A stretch of DNA of 64,000 nt. It comes from Laetmonice hystrix. Its lineage: Eukaryota. Positions 53,448-64,000 of this stretch are shown in pieces; position 1 is the stretch's first letter; each line of letters starts with the position of its first letter. The notes below the pieces were generated by a model, which had not been told where the DNA came from, did not search any database, and saw only the letters and a program-made list of their open reading frames with translations. A program made the translations under genes and the position numbers. The stretch lies in contig OZ249436.1 of the NCBI GenBank assembly GCA_965235115.1, forward strand, positions 5,644,001 to 5,708,000, given 5' to 3'.

Positions 53448-53693
53448 GGGCCGGTTTTTTTTGTTTACTTTTCCACCGTGAGCAAGGGTGAGCTGAGCTG
53501 AGCAAGGGTGAACAAAAGCTCATGCTCACCGTTTTGCTCACTGTTTTCGTTTTTTGGGGTGTTTTTCCGTGAGCTTGCTCACCATGAGCACGTCTCATGG
53601 AAAAAAGCAACCCATAAAAACGCGAAAACGGTGAGAATGAGCTCATGCTCACCCTTGCTCACGGTGGAAAAGTAAACCAAAAAAAAACGGGCC
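53448..53693. mobile_element. Palindromic MITE, probably Harbinger-type (GTG 3-bp TSD)
   Basis: Long TIR GG(G/C)CCG..TTTT..TTTACTTTTCCACCGTGAGCAAGGGTGAGC at both ends, with GTG on both flanks. Confidence 0.85.
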
Positions 53694-54128
53694 GTGGGAC
53701 ACTTATGCCAGTAGATTTCACCTTTTGTTTGTGACCTGTTTTGAAAGAGTAGTACATTTGATATTTTAATTGACGTTTTAATCCTTAAAACAATCATATA
53801 TGTCAAGTAGGCCTAGTGGGTATTACGGATTGGCTTTGGGACAAATATTTCTCTGGAATGTCATTTCGAGGGAATGACATCCATGCATGGTTCATATAGC
53901 ACTGAACCATCTGGAAATAGTTCTGGTCCGATAATAGATTCCCAAGTTGTTTGCCATCATCTGTATACAAAAATGTTAAATACATAGAATTACTGGATGA
54001 AATTAGTATCAGTGACAATGTCTCGTGTCAAGGTCAGTTATTTTTTATAAAGCGCTCAGATAGCAGGAACTTTCGGTTGTCCACAAAAAAGGAAACGGCC
54101 GAAGGACTGTGTATGGCTCGACGTACAT

Positions 54129-54494
54129 AATATCAACGGTAGCTTCTGAGCCGGTTACTGAAATACGTGTAGATTGTCTCAATATCAACGGTAGCTTCTG
54201 GGCCGGTTACTGAAATACGTGTAGACTGTCTCAATGTCAACGGTAGCTTCTGGGCCGGTTACTGAAATACGTGTAGACTGTCTCAATGTCAACGGTAGCT
54301 TCTGGGCCGGTTACTGAAATACGTGTAGACTGTCTCAATGTCAACGGTAGCTTCTGGGCCGGTTACTGAAATACGTGTAGACTGTCTCAATGTTAACGGT
54401 AGCTTCTGGGCCGGTTACTGAAATACGTGTAGATTGTCTCAATGTACCTTCTGGGCCGGTTACTGAAATACGTGTAGATTGTCTCAATATCAAC
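54129..54494. repeat. Tandem repeat, 52-bp unit, ~7 copies
   Basis: AAT(A/G)TCAACGGTAGCTTCTGGGCCGGTTACTGAAATACGTGTAGACTGTCTC. Confidence 0.95.
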
Positions 54495-55382
54495 ACATTA
54501 TCGGTTTAATTAAAAGTATGGCAGCGTTTAAAACCTTGATTATGTACATTTCATTACTGTAAATTATCAGTCACTATATCTTTGATAAGCGGGTATAAAT
54601 GCAGCATTATTTGTGCACCTTATTTCCAGAATATTGGCCTAGATTGTTTGGCCTAGATACATAATTTATTCCATTATTGAAACTGGTATTCGCGATGCTA
54701 TATTTGTTACCACGGCGACGTCTGTACATACACCCCACCCCTACCACGTCTATTAAATGTATTCAGTTTGGGAAACGCATCCAGTAGTAATCTGCATGCG
54801 AAGCGTACTGCTTTTAAGCGAGGGCACATGGCCTGGGGATCGCACAGGCAGCGTCACCAAGCGGTCATCAGGGAAAGCATTGCTGGCACGGGTGCTGCAG
54901 CTGCTGAATGCAGGCTGCGGCGGCGGCTGGCTTGTGGAAGGCTTTGGTCTCCAGTTGTCAATACTGGTAAGGCCAGAGCAGGTTCGGAACCACAGAGCAT
55001 CGAACATTCTGACCGTATACTGGCGGCACACATCTCAGGCAAGGCAGACGCCGCTCCATAGCTAAGTCAACGATGCCTTGCGAGATGTTAGAGTCAGGTC
55101 CCGAAAACCATACGAGGAGACAGAGACGGAGGCGTTGAGAGGACTGTTGTTGTGCTGCCTTGGTTCCATCCCAAGGTGGTCCGGCGGGGTTGTCATTCAG
55201 GTCTCAATCTGAACGGACCAATCTGAACACACTGCCCCCGTCCACTCCGACCAGACTCTGACACTCTGTCCATGCCGGGGTTGGCAGCTCACTGACTGCT
55301 GGCATTCCCAGCTAACACAAAAGGATGCCGCGCGCCCTTTAGAGCCTGTTTACATTGAGATGCCAGTGCCGTTGTGAAGAGG

Positions 55383-55482
55383 ATGCATTTCCCAACTGTA
55401 GAGAGGATGATGAAAACGCAGAGCGTCATAGTGATCGCCTCGTGGCTGGTAGCTGCCATCTGTATAACGTTGTGTCATGCAG
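55383..55482 (+). CDS. Putative first coding exon (signal peptide) of a secreted or membrane protein; downstream exons not identified
   Basis: (MHFPTVER)MMKTQSVIVIASWLVAAICITLCHA followed by G|GTATGT phase-1 donor at 55483. In-frame TGA upstream. C-H-A fits the -3/-1 signal-peptidase rule. Confidence 0.65.
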
Positions 55483-58136
55483 GTATGTATAGGCCTACAT
55501 TATATCCCCCATCCCTTTCATATGTATCATAATGTAGGTCAATGCCTATAATGATTCGTTAGTAGGCATAGGCCTACAGAGATTCAGCAATGGTGCCAAC
55601 CACAGTCTTAACCAAGCTATCACTATCGAATTCACCTTAGTGGTGTTCAATCGGGCGTGGGACCCTCTCCATCACAGTCCATGTGACAGTAACACTGTGT
55701 TTATCAAGTCCGGACCAGCAAATATTGTTTGGAGTATAGGTATATTATACTTATAAGTCATGAGTTTCGTCTCTAAACGATGCATTTAGATTTACGGAGG
55801 CCTATAGGCCTAATTACACTATTTTCATTTGGCCCACTTCTTGTTGCTATAGTTGGGTTCATATTAGGCCTACTATACGATTGCTTCCTGTTTAATTGTT
55901 ATTTCCCGTTATATTTAATCCATGAGAAGCCCCAGACGGGGGAGATCTAGCCGTCTTCTATCCTGTATCATGGTGTATCCTGGGAGGGGCGATAGTGATC
56001 GAACGTGTCGGTCGTTGTACTGTTGAATGGTTGAACGTTTGGTCTGATGCGTGCCGATACGACAAAAGCAATCAATACGTACATACGCAGCAAACGATCT
56101 CTTCATAACAACGCCTGATTCATTTGACCTTAACCTCGGAAGTGAATCTGAGCGCAACCGTAGGCCTAGACGTATATCCCGGGATATAGTCCACCTGACC
56201 AAAATAGGAGTAGTGGCTTCCTTCGGAGGTTTTCTTTCCGTAGATGGTATCGGCGTTCTGGATCGAATCCGAATCAGAGAATCAGGTAGGCCTATACAGA
56301 AAGAGTTATTTTTTCGGGACGAGCTTTTGCCAAATTTCCCCGTCCTTTTTCAGAATTGCCATATACGTTGTAAATGATAAGGCCTGTCTGTACAATCGAG
56401 GTTTTGCGTCAGTGATGGGCCAAGAACATTCTCTGTGAAATCAGTGGTCAATCTCTATTCCTGCATGGAGCCGTACTTCTGGTGACCACCTTTGATGAAT
56501 GCTACTGTTTCTGGGCGAAAAGCAACAACGGATGGCCTTCCGACAAGGTCGAGTCCTTCGACTCTTGGCTGCAATGAATAGGAATTGAACACCTAATCCT
56601 GCACTTAGCCGAGCCCGTCTTCAGCTAGGGTAGGGTTACTGAAGTCTTAGATAGCATTGGAACAACCAATCAAAACTTTATTAATGGTTATCCCTAATAT
56701 CCGTGCTCTTCATTTATAATTATTGAATATTATTCGTAGACATTCTTGATTTAAACAAAATGATCGCTGGGTAATGACACGATTAAAAAGGTAAGTTGAA
56801 ATGAGCAAGAGATTGCTGAAAGTCTTAAATTGGGGCTGTGGCATTTAAAGCTATCCTTATACTAGTGCCGCTCCACATGTTGATGAGCTTAACCGACTGG
56901 AAAGACAGCATGTGATGCCAAAACATACAGCTCTTCTAGAAGAAAGGCTCACAGCAAACACAAGTATTACGACTGCTGAGATCGGCTATGGCCGTAAACA
57001 TCCACGTTTTACGACTAATTTCCGGACTATAATTCCTTGCTCCTGAAAGCTTCCTACATTTGATGGGTGACTTCTGTGAGAATTTAACATCTGGCTATGT
57101 AGCCGTCATTATTGGTGCCTAATGCTCGTCAGACAAGATAATACAAACTGTACGACAGTTACCAAAGAAAACATAATTTTCGTTGTCTCTCTCGCCTGAC
57201 TATATTTGGTAAAACCACTTCACACATTAACGTAATTAATGTAAGAGCCACGAGGACTTGTATCACATTACTACAGTCAGTGAAAAGGTTGTTTGGAACA
57301 AAGGATGGCTTAGGAATAAAAGTAAATACTGACAAATGTCATGTCATAAATTACAAGATAATGTTGTTAATTGTTGATGTCATATCCGAACAGAGAGAAA
57401 TTGATACCTGCCATAAAAATATAGAGATAAATAGATTGTCTTCCCTAACTATCGAGTACGTGTATAGACTGCCAAATAAGGAATCAAACGCAAAGTCGTA
57501 GATTGTCTCCTGCTTGAAGCCACTGGTGATGAATTTTCGTCCGGTGACATTGACATGGTAATATTGTATTGATACCTCTTTTTGTTTGTTTGACTGTTTG
57601 CTTTTGGCACTTGTTGCTTTTTTCAACCCCCTTTGTAGCGCAAATAAGAACAGTGTTAAGGCTTAGCGGAGCTCTGAATTGTGATTTGAGCTTCGAATTG
57701 AAGAAAGCCTTTGATTACAATAACGACAGAAGAAATTCTTTCTCTCAACAGGAAAACGTTCATAGTGCCACGTCGGACCAGCGTTGGTCGGAGATTGCGA
57801 AATACTGGCAAAGAATTGTGGCAATTCGCACACCTCTTACAGCATATTGATCGATAAAATGGGATCTGAAGCACAGCTCCAGGAGCGAGAAAACTATCCA
57901 TTCCCACTCGACACAGAAAGCAATTGTTACTTAGACGTAACTGATGGAACATTGTAAATTATTGCCCTGGGCCGTCTGTCGTTAGGCTTGGTTAAGGACG
58001 CAGGGCCGTGGAGGAACAATTATCAGGGACGCGTCACTTCAGTAATGGATATTAACGTAAATCTAGGACAAAACACGAATTGGTCCAATTATACTGTACT
58101 CTACGCGCAAGTAACAAGCAAAAATGTACGGACATA

Positions 58137-59067
58137 TAGGTAGATACTCAGGGAGGTAGAGAGGTACACTGTAAGGAGATAGGTAGATACTCAGTGAAGT
58201 AGAGAGACAGAGATAGATACTCAGGGAGGTAGAGAAGTACACTGTAAGGACATAGGTAGATACTCATTGAAGTAGAGAGACAGAGGTAGATACTCAGGGA
58301 GGTAGAGAGGTGCACTGTAAGGAGATAGGTAGATACTCATTGAAGTAGAGAGACAGGGGTAGATGCAGGGAGGTAGAGAGGTGCACTGTAAGGACATAGG
58401 TAGATACTCAGTGAAGTAGAGAGGTACACTGTAAGGACATAGGTAGGTACACAGGGAGGTAGAGAGGTGCACTGTAAGGACATAGGTAGATACTCAGTGA
58501 AGTAGAGAGGTACACTGTAAGGAGATAGGTAGATACTCAGGGAGGAGAGAGGTACACTGTAAGGACATAGGTAGATACTCAGGAAGGTAGAGAGGTGCAC
58601 TGTAAGGACATAGGTAGATACTCAGGGAGGTAGAGAGGTACACTAAGGACATAGGTAGATACTCAGGAAGGTAGAGAGGTGCACTGTAAGGACATAGGTA
58701 GGTACACAGGGAGGTAGAGAAGTACACTGTAAGGACATAGTTAGGTACACAGGGAGGTAGAGAGGTACACTGTAAGGACATAGGTAGGTACACAGGGAGG
58801 TAGAGAGGTGCACTGTAAGGACATAGGTAGGTACACAGGGAGGTAGAGAGGTACACTGTAAGGACAGAGGTAGATACTCAGGAAGGTAGGGAGGTACACT
58901 GTAAGGACATAGGTAGATACTCAGGGAGGTAGAGAGGTACACTGTAAGGACAGAGGTAGATACTCAGGAAGGTAGAGAGGTACACTGGAAGGACATAGGT
59001 AGATACACAGGGAGGTAGAGAGGTACACTGTAAGGACATAGGTAGATATTCAGGGAGGTAGAGAGGT
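58137..59067. repeat. Purine-rich tandem repeat, ~43-bp unit with shorter sub-units
   Basis: GTAAGGACATAGGTAGATACTCAGGGAGGTAGAGAGGTACACT. Confidence 0.94.
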
Positions 59068-59349
59068 AAGAGAAATGTGTACCACTCAACTCTATTATGC
59101 ATCAGAATGTTTTCCCAATCGATCCTGTCTTTATTAGATTCCAGGGACCAGCGTTCTGCTGATCGATTTGCTAGCGGTGTCCTTTACCTGGGTCTGTACC
59201 TGTACCTAGACGCCCACCTCCCCCGACCCACTACACGCAGTGAACAAAATTGAATTTTTGCACGTCGAGTTTCTGAGACGGTCAATATTTTGTGCTCTGA
59301 CGGGCCACAGAAGTTGTTCACACTAATATTTAGGACATGTACAGTACAG

Positions 59350-59575
59350 TTCCTTGACAGACAGGACTGGCCATTTCCTTGACAGACAGGACCGGCCACT
59401 TTCTTGACAGACAGGACTGGCCACTTCCTTGACGGACAGGACTGGCCACTTCCTTGACAGACAGGACTGGCCACTTCCTTGACAGACAGGACTGGCCACT
59501 TCCTTGACAGACAGGACTGGCCACTTCCTTGACGGACATGACTGGCCACTTCCTTGACAGACAGGACTGACCACT
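59350..59575. repeat. Tandem repeat, 25-bp unit, ~9 copies
   Basis: TTCCTTGACAGACAGGACTGGCCAC. Confidence 0.95.
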
Positions 59576-60319
59576 TAGGTTGATTACACATCACTCAGTA
59601 TTAATTCACTGACTGCCCGACATATATCTCAACTATTTGTGACGGAAACAAACACGTTATTTACGGATGTATTCCGTTAAGTAACCGGAAACCAGCTCAT
59701 TATCACCATCCGGTTGCCCGGTTCTAGATGTCGCACGCAAACGTTACGCACTGGCCACAGGATGATTATCACCTCAAAAAGTATTCTGTGTGAATGCAAG
59801 TAGACTGCACAATGTATAATGTATACGTTCAGATAAAATATAAAGTTTTTTTTTAATTATTTTTTAAAGTATAATACACATCCAGCGTCTAAGAGCTTTA
59901 CTATATGAAGCAAACACTGTACAGTGTATTCGGTCTGGGATGGTATCGTCTATTATATCTATTATATCACTGTGCACAGTGAATCCATTTTCTTTTCTTT
60001 TCCTGCTTCCTTTCTACACACATTAAAGCAGGTGCGTGGATCTCTATAGACAGGCCCTTGTTAAGTCATCCAAGCTCTATGATGTAGTGGTTAGATGGTC
60101 GGGTGAGTTCCCCGCCGGAGGCATCTCCTCCAGGCAGATGTTTTACTGGTGATTCGATTCCCCATACCATACCAAGCTGTGAATCACACTCCTTCAGCTT
60201 CTAGGACAGTAGTGAAATGCAAACATTTTGAGAAGTAACCGGGTTTGGGGTAGGGTTAGTATTAACGTCAGACGTAGTGTGACGTCACAACTGTGCTCTG
60301 ATTGGCTAATGGTCCCAAG

Positions 60320-60564
60320 TGTAATAGGCCCGTTATACCTAGGTATGAAATGGGCCGGCTTACAATAACCCCCGGGGTTACACCCCGCCACATTCCAATA
60401 GGGGCATGAAATGGGCCAGGGGGTACGCCTATATTCTGGCCTAGCCCAGAATAACCCCCGGGGTGTAACCAATGTCCATGGCCAGAGTGTACCCCAGGGT
60501 TAAAATGGGCCGGCCATTTTATACCCGGGTATACTTTGGGCCAGGGGTAATCCGGCCTGTTACA
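60320..60564. mobile_element. Second Ginger-like TGT...ACA MITE (degenerate left end)
   Basis: Right end CCAGGGGTAATCCGGCCTGTTACA|CCGG. Left end TGTAATAGGCCCGTTATACCTAGG. Internal GAAATGGGCC and ATAACCCCCGGGG repeats. Confidence 0.6.
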
Positions 60565-60609
60565 CCGGGACGACTTGTTTATTATGCCAGCATCAGAAAA
60601 TTGGTCGTG

Positions 60610-60710
60610 ATAGACCTGACTGTGCTAGACCTGACTGTGGTAGACCTGACTGTGCTAGACCTGACTGTGCTAGACCTGACTGCTAGACCTGACTGTGCTA
60701 GACCTGACTG
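60610..60710. repeat. Tandem repeat, 15-bp unit (TAGACCTGACTGTGC), ~7 copies
   Basis: Direct reading. Confidence 0.92.
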
Positions 60711-62337
60711 GGGGTTAGGGCAGTCGTATGTGGAGCAATGTATGCAACATTATGCTAATAAGGAGATTTATTAAATTCGGGATGTGCTTTATGTTCGAGG
60801 CGATATTGACGCCATATCATGCAGTATATGAGGCTGTGTAGCCTACTATGTTTGAGAGAATACTAAAGCCACCTATAATAGATGGTAGATCGTGAGTACA
60901 GTACAAGAACTTCGAAACGAGGCTCTCCATCTTATCTGTGTCAACGTAACATCATGGTCATCCTTTTTCCTTGCTCGATTTATTATACCACTCAAGTTGT
61001 CAGTAACACTCAGCTGAAGGCAACCGAGTACTTTTCGAATAATATCAGACGTATTCCGTTAAATTAGATGACGTCACGCTAAAACCATCCGAACCCACCT
61101 GTAGTTGATAAATTATACTGTTATATCGAAAAGTAACTCACACAGAGACACCATATACACCGTGAAATATCCGGAAGAAATGATATGAGATAATAACAGT
61201 AAATTAAACTGTGTTTGTGCCAGGCCTCGAAGGTCAGATCGACACCGCTGCCACGCTCCCTCACCTAGAGTTCCGAGTTGTCGCAATGAACGACCCATCC
61301 TCCTGCTGTGTTTGTACGACGAGGGAGAAATTACACCGATCATAGTCTGCTCCGTTATAGCAACGGTCAATAAACGTATAACTGTACAAAGGGGGTCATT
61401 TCGTTTCCATACCGAATTTCTGACAGTGGGTGGGTTGCTGTGTTCCTTTGGGAGTCTGTGAGGCTTGCTGCCCTGCCTGGCGCGCTCAGCGATGTTCTAG
61501 TTGGGCGTCACGACGGTCAAATGTCGTTTGGACAGATGCAAGCTCTCCGATAACAACATGTTGACCAGCAATGGCCTCACCCCAGAAATCCACATAGCGT
61601 CTGTGACCAGTCGATTCCCTAGTGTGAGATGTGAGAGGGGGCCACTGTGGTTTCTCTAAAATGTCGATAACTACTTGCCCTGAACAACTCAGACATCATA
61701 ACTTGTTCAAATGAAGTGATGGTAGGGCAACACTGGGACTAGACACATCATAACTTGTTCAAATGAAGTGATAGCCCAGTAGGGCAACACTGGGACTACT
61801 AGACACAGGATCTAGAGATTAGGTGTTATTTTTCCCTTTCAATCTGAAACTGTATCCACGATTTATTAGCTCATCATCATCGTCATCATCTTCTTGTCTT
61901 ATCCTCATGCACCTGAAGTTTCCATGTCATGTTTTGTTCTTTAGGCCTGTGTAAACCTGATAGATGAGTGTCATCAACGTACGTGCATCCAATCCATTCT
62001 TCAGGCTAAGGGACAACCTCATCTCTTCTATCTTCCCGCGGAGCTCGGCTTCACGAACGGCCCTTGGGGAGTAATATTTCATAACTGGTGCAACCCTGCC
62101 ACAGGCCGGAGCGTTGGGGCACGGTCTCGACAGGCAATATTTACAACCACGCTCAACCTTGTGTTGATGATCAGTCACCTTCATAACCTTCAGAATGTCA
62201 TACAATCTACTGATATTATAAGTCTAACGTAATCGTAGGAGCTTGCAACAGAGTTTCATCGTCCTGCAAATAGATATATTGGCCTACTTCTCGGACTGAC
62301 GGCTCAACGACCACCTCCTCCCACAACTCGGCATATT

Positions 62338-62558
62338 CAGGGCCGGATCCAGAGGCACCCCCCCCCCCCCTTAGAAATCTAGAAAAATTCTTTCTGAACA
62401 TGCTAAAGCCAGATTTCCACCAGATTGTCCTAATGCACAGTGCACAGTGGATGGCAAAGGAGCAAAATATAAATGTAATATCATGGTAATAAAGTGTTTT
62501 TTCACCTGTTAAGTTGCAGCACCTGTTAAGTTGAAAAAAAATCCTGGATCCGGCCCTG
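62338..62558. mobile_element. hAT-like MITE with 5-bp TSD (ATATT)
   Basis: Perfect 15-bp TIR CAGGGCCGGATCCAG. ATATT at 62333-62337 and 62559-62563. Confidence 0.88.
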
Positions 62559-63264
62559 ATATTGTTGGCTGAAATTTGGCTAAAAACGCCTCGATCAAGA
62601 TAAAGATGTTATTCACAACTTTAGCTTATATTGAGAGGTTAACATTTTTAGTTCAGGATGGCAGTATCGCATTAACAGTTCCGTCAAAACGCCTAGTATT
62701 GCTGCCTGCACTCAACATCTCTCCAGGGAGAATCAAGGCGTTGCTTGGGTGTGAAATTGGGATTATGAGGACTGAGGCGGGCCCGTCACGACCATTGTTG
62801 GTTGATGACAAGTGACAGATGTAAACACCTACCACCGGCAGAACGCGACATCTGCAAACTGGACCAGCAGGAGCGTGTGACGTGAGCACAATGACCCGTG
62901 GAACAAATCTTGAGGATATTGCCAGTCGTCCGACATGACCTCGCTGGTAGATCATCGACGCCCGTCCATCCAAAAAGGGAGCCCCTGGGCGTTCCACTCG
63001 GTCCGTGCAGGGATGACAAAAGACCCAATTGCCAGACCCCGGGCGTTACCATGACTGACGCCCATATCCTTGCCCAGTTGTTGAAGGTATTTTACAGCGG
63101 TCACACTGTCTTGGGCCCATGGCCACTGTTGTTGAGGGTATTTTATAACGGTCAAACTCAGGCTTTGTGAAGGACTACAAAAACCCGGCTCCTGTAAACG
63201 AGAGAGAGAGGCTATATGCGGGGCGAGGTTACCAGTGGCGACATGTTTCAGATCTATCCCCCTG

Positions 63265-64000
63265 AGGATACGTCTCTGTACTCTGGGAGACCGCCATTTC
63301 TATAGATCTAGTTAGATACACACGACTTAAACAGTAGGATACGTCTCTGTACTCTGGGAGACCGCCATTTCTATAGATACAGTTAGATACACACGACTTA
63401 AACAGAAGGATACGTCTCTGTACTCTGGGAGACCGCCATTTCTATAGATATATTTAGATACACACGTCTTAAACAGAAGGATACGTCTCTATACTCTGGG
63501 AGACCGCCATTTCTATAGATATAGTTAGATACACACGACTTAAACAGAAGGATACGTCTCTGTACTCTGGGAGACCGCCATTTCTATAGATATAGTTAGA
63601 TACACACGACTTAAACAGAAGGATACGTCTCTGTACTCTGGGAGACCGTCATTTCTATAGATATAGTTAGATGCACACGACTTAAACAGAAGGATACGTC
63701 TCTGTACTCTTGGAGACCGTCATTTCTATAGATATAGTTAGATACACACGTCTTAAACAGTAGGATACGTCTCTGTACTCTTGGAGACCGTCATTTCTAT
63801 AGATATAGTTAGATACACAAGTCTTAAACAGTAGGATACGTCTCTGTACTCTGGGAGACCGTCATTTCTATAGATATAGTTAGATACACACGTCTTAAAC
63901 AGTAGGATACGTCTCTGTACTCTTGGAGACCGCCATTTCTATAGATATAGTTAGATACACACGTCTTAAACAGTAGGATACGTCTCTGTACTCTGGGAGA
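63265..64000. repeat. Tandem repeat, 71-bp unit, >10 copies, runs off the window end
   Basis: AGGATACGTCTCTGTACTCTGGGAGACCGCCATTTCTATAGATATAGTTAGATACACACGACTTAAACAGA. Confidence 0.96.

Noticed and set aside
54768..55061. 97-aa ORF starting 'MGNASSS' (myristoylation-like)
   Set aside because: The start codon is TTG, not ATG. Probably upstream or 5' UTR sequence of the 55.4-kb exon.

Overview
Animal (invertebrate, probably lophotrochozoan-like; taxon is inferred) nuclear DNA that is gene-poor and repeat-rich, with no prokaryotic features. Supported coding content: (1) an intronless 601-aa GPRIN-like gene on the minus strand (11636-13441) with a GRIN_C motif; (2) a two-exon, ~460-aa type I single-pass membrane protein on the minus strand (48420-48351 joined to 47307-45995) with a tiny ectodomain and a 13-aa repeat tail; (3) an isolated signal-peptide first exon on the plus strand (55383/55407-55482). 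More than 20 mutually unrelated tandem arrays (10-83 bp units) cover roughly 17 kb and explain most ORFs in the supplied track. Mobile elements include a tRNA-derived SINE, a 2.4-kb Harbinger with a decayed transposase remnant, and MITEs of Harbinger, Kolobok-like, Ginger-like and hAT-like type. The most unusual signal is a strong excess of TA-NNNN-TA palindromes (at least 25 TAGGCCTA). Repeat units acting as internal controls show short insertions at TA dinucleotides, suggesting a dense record of DNA-transposon excision footprints.
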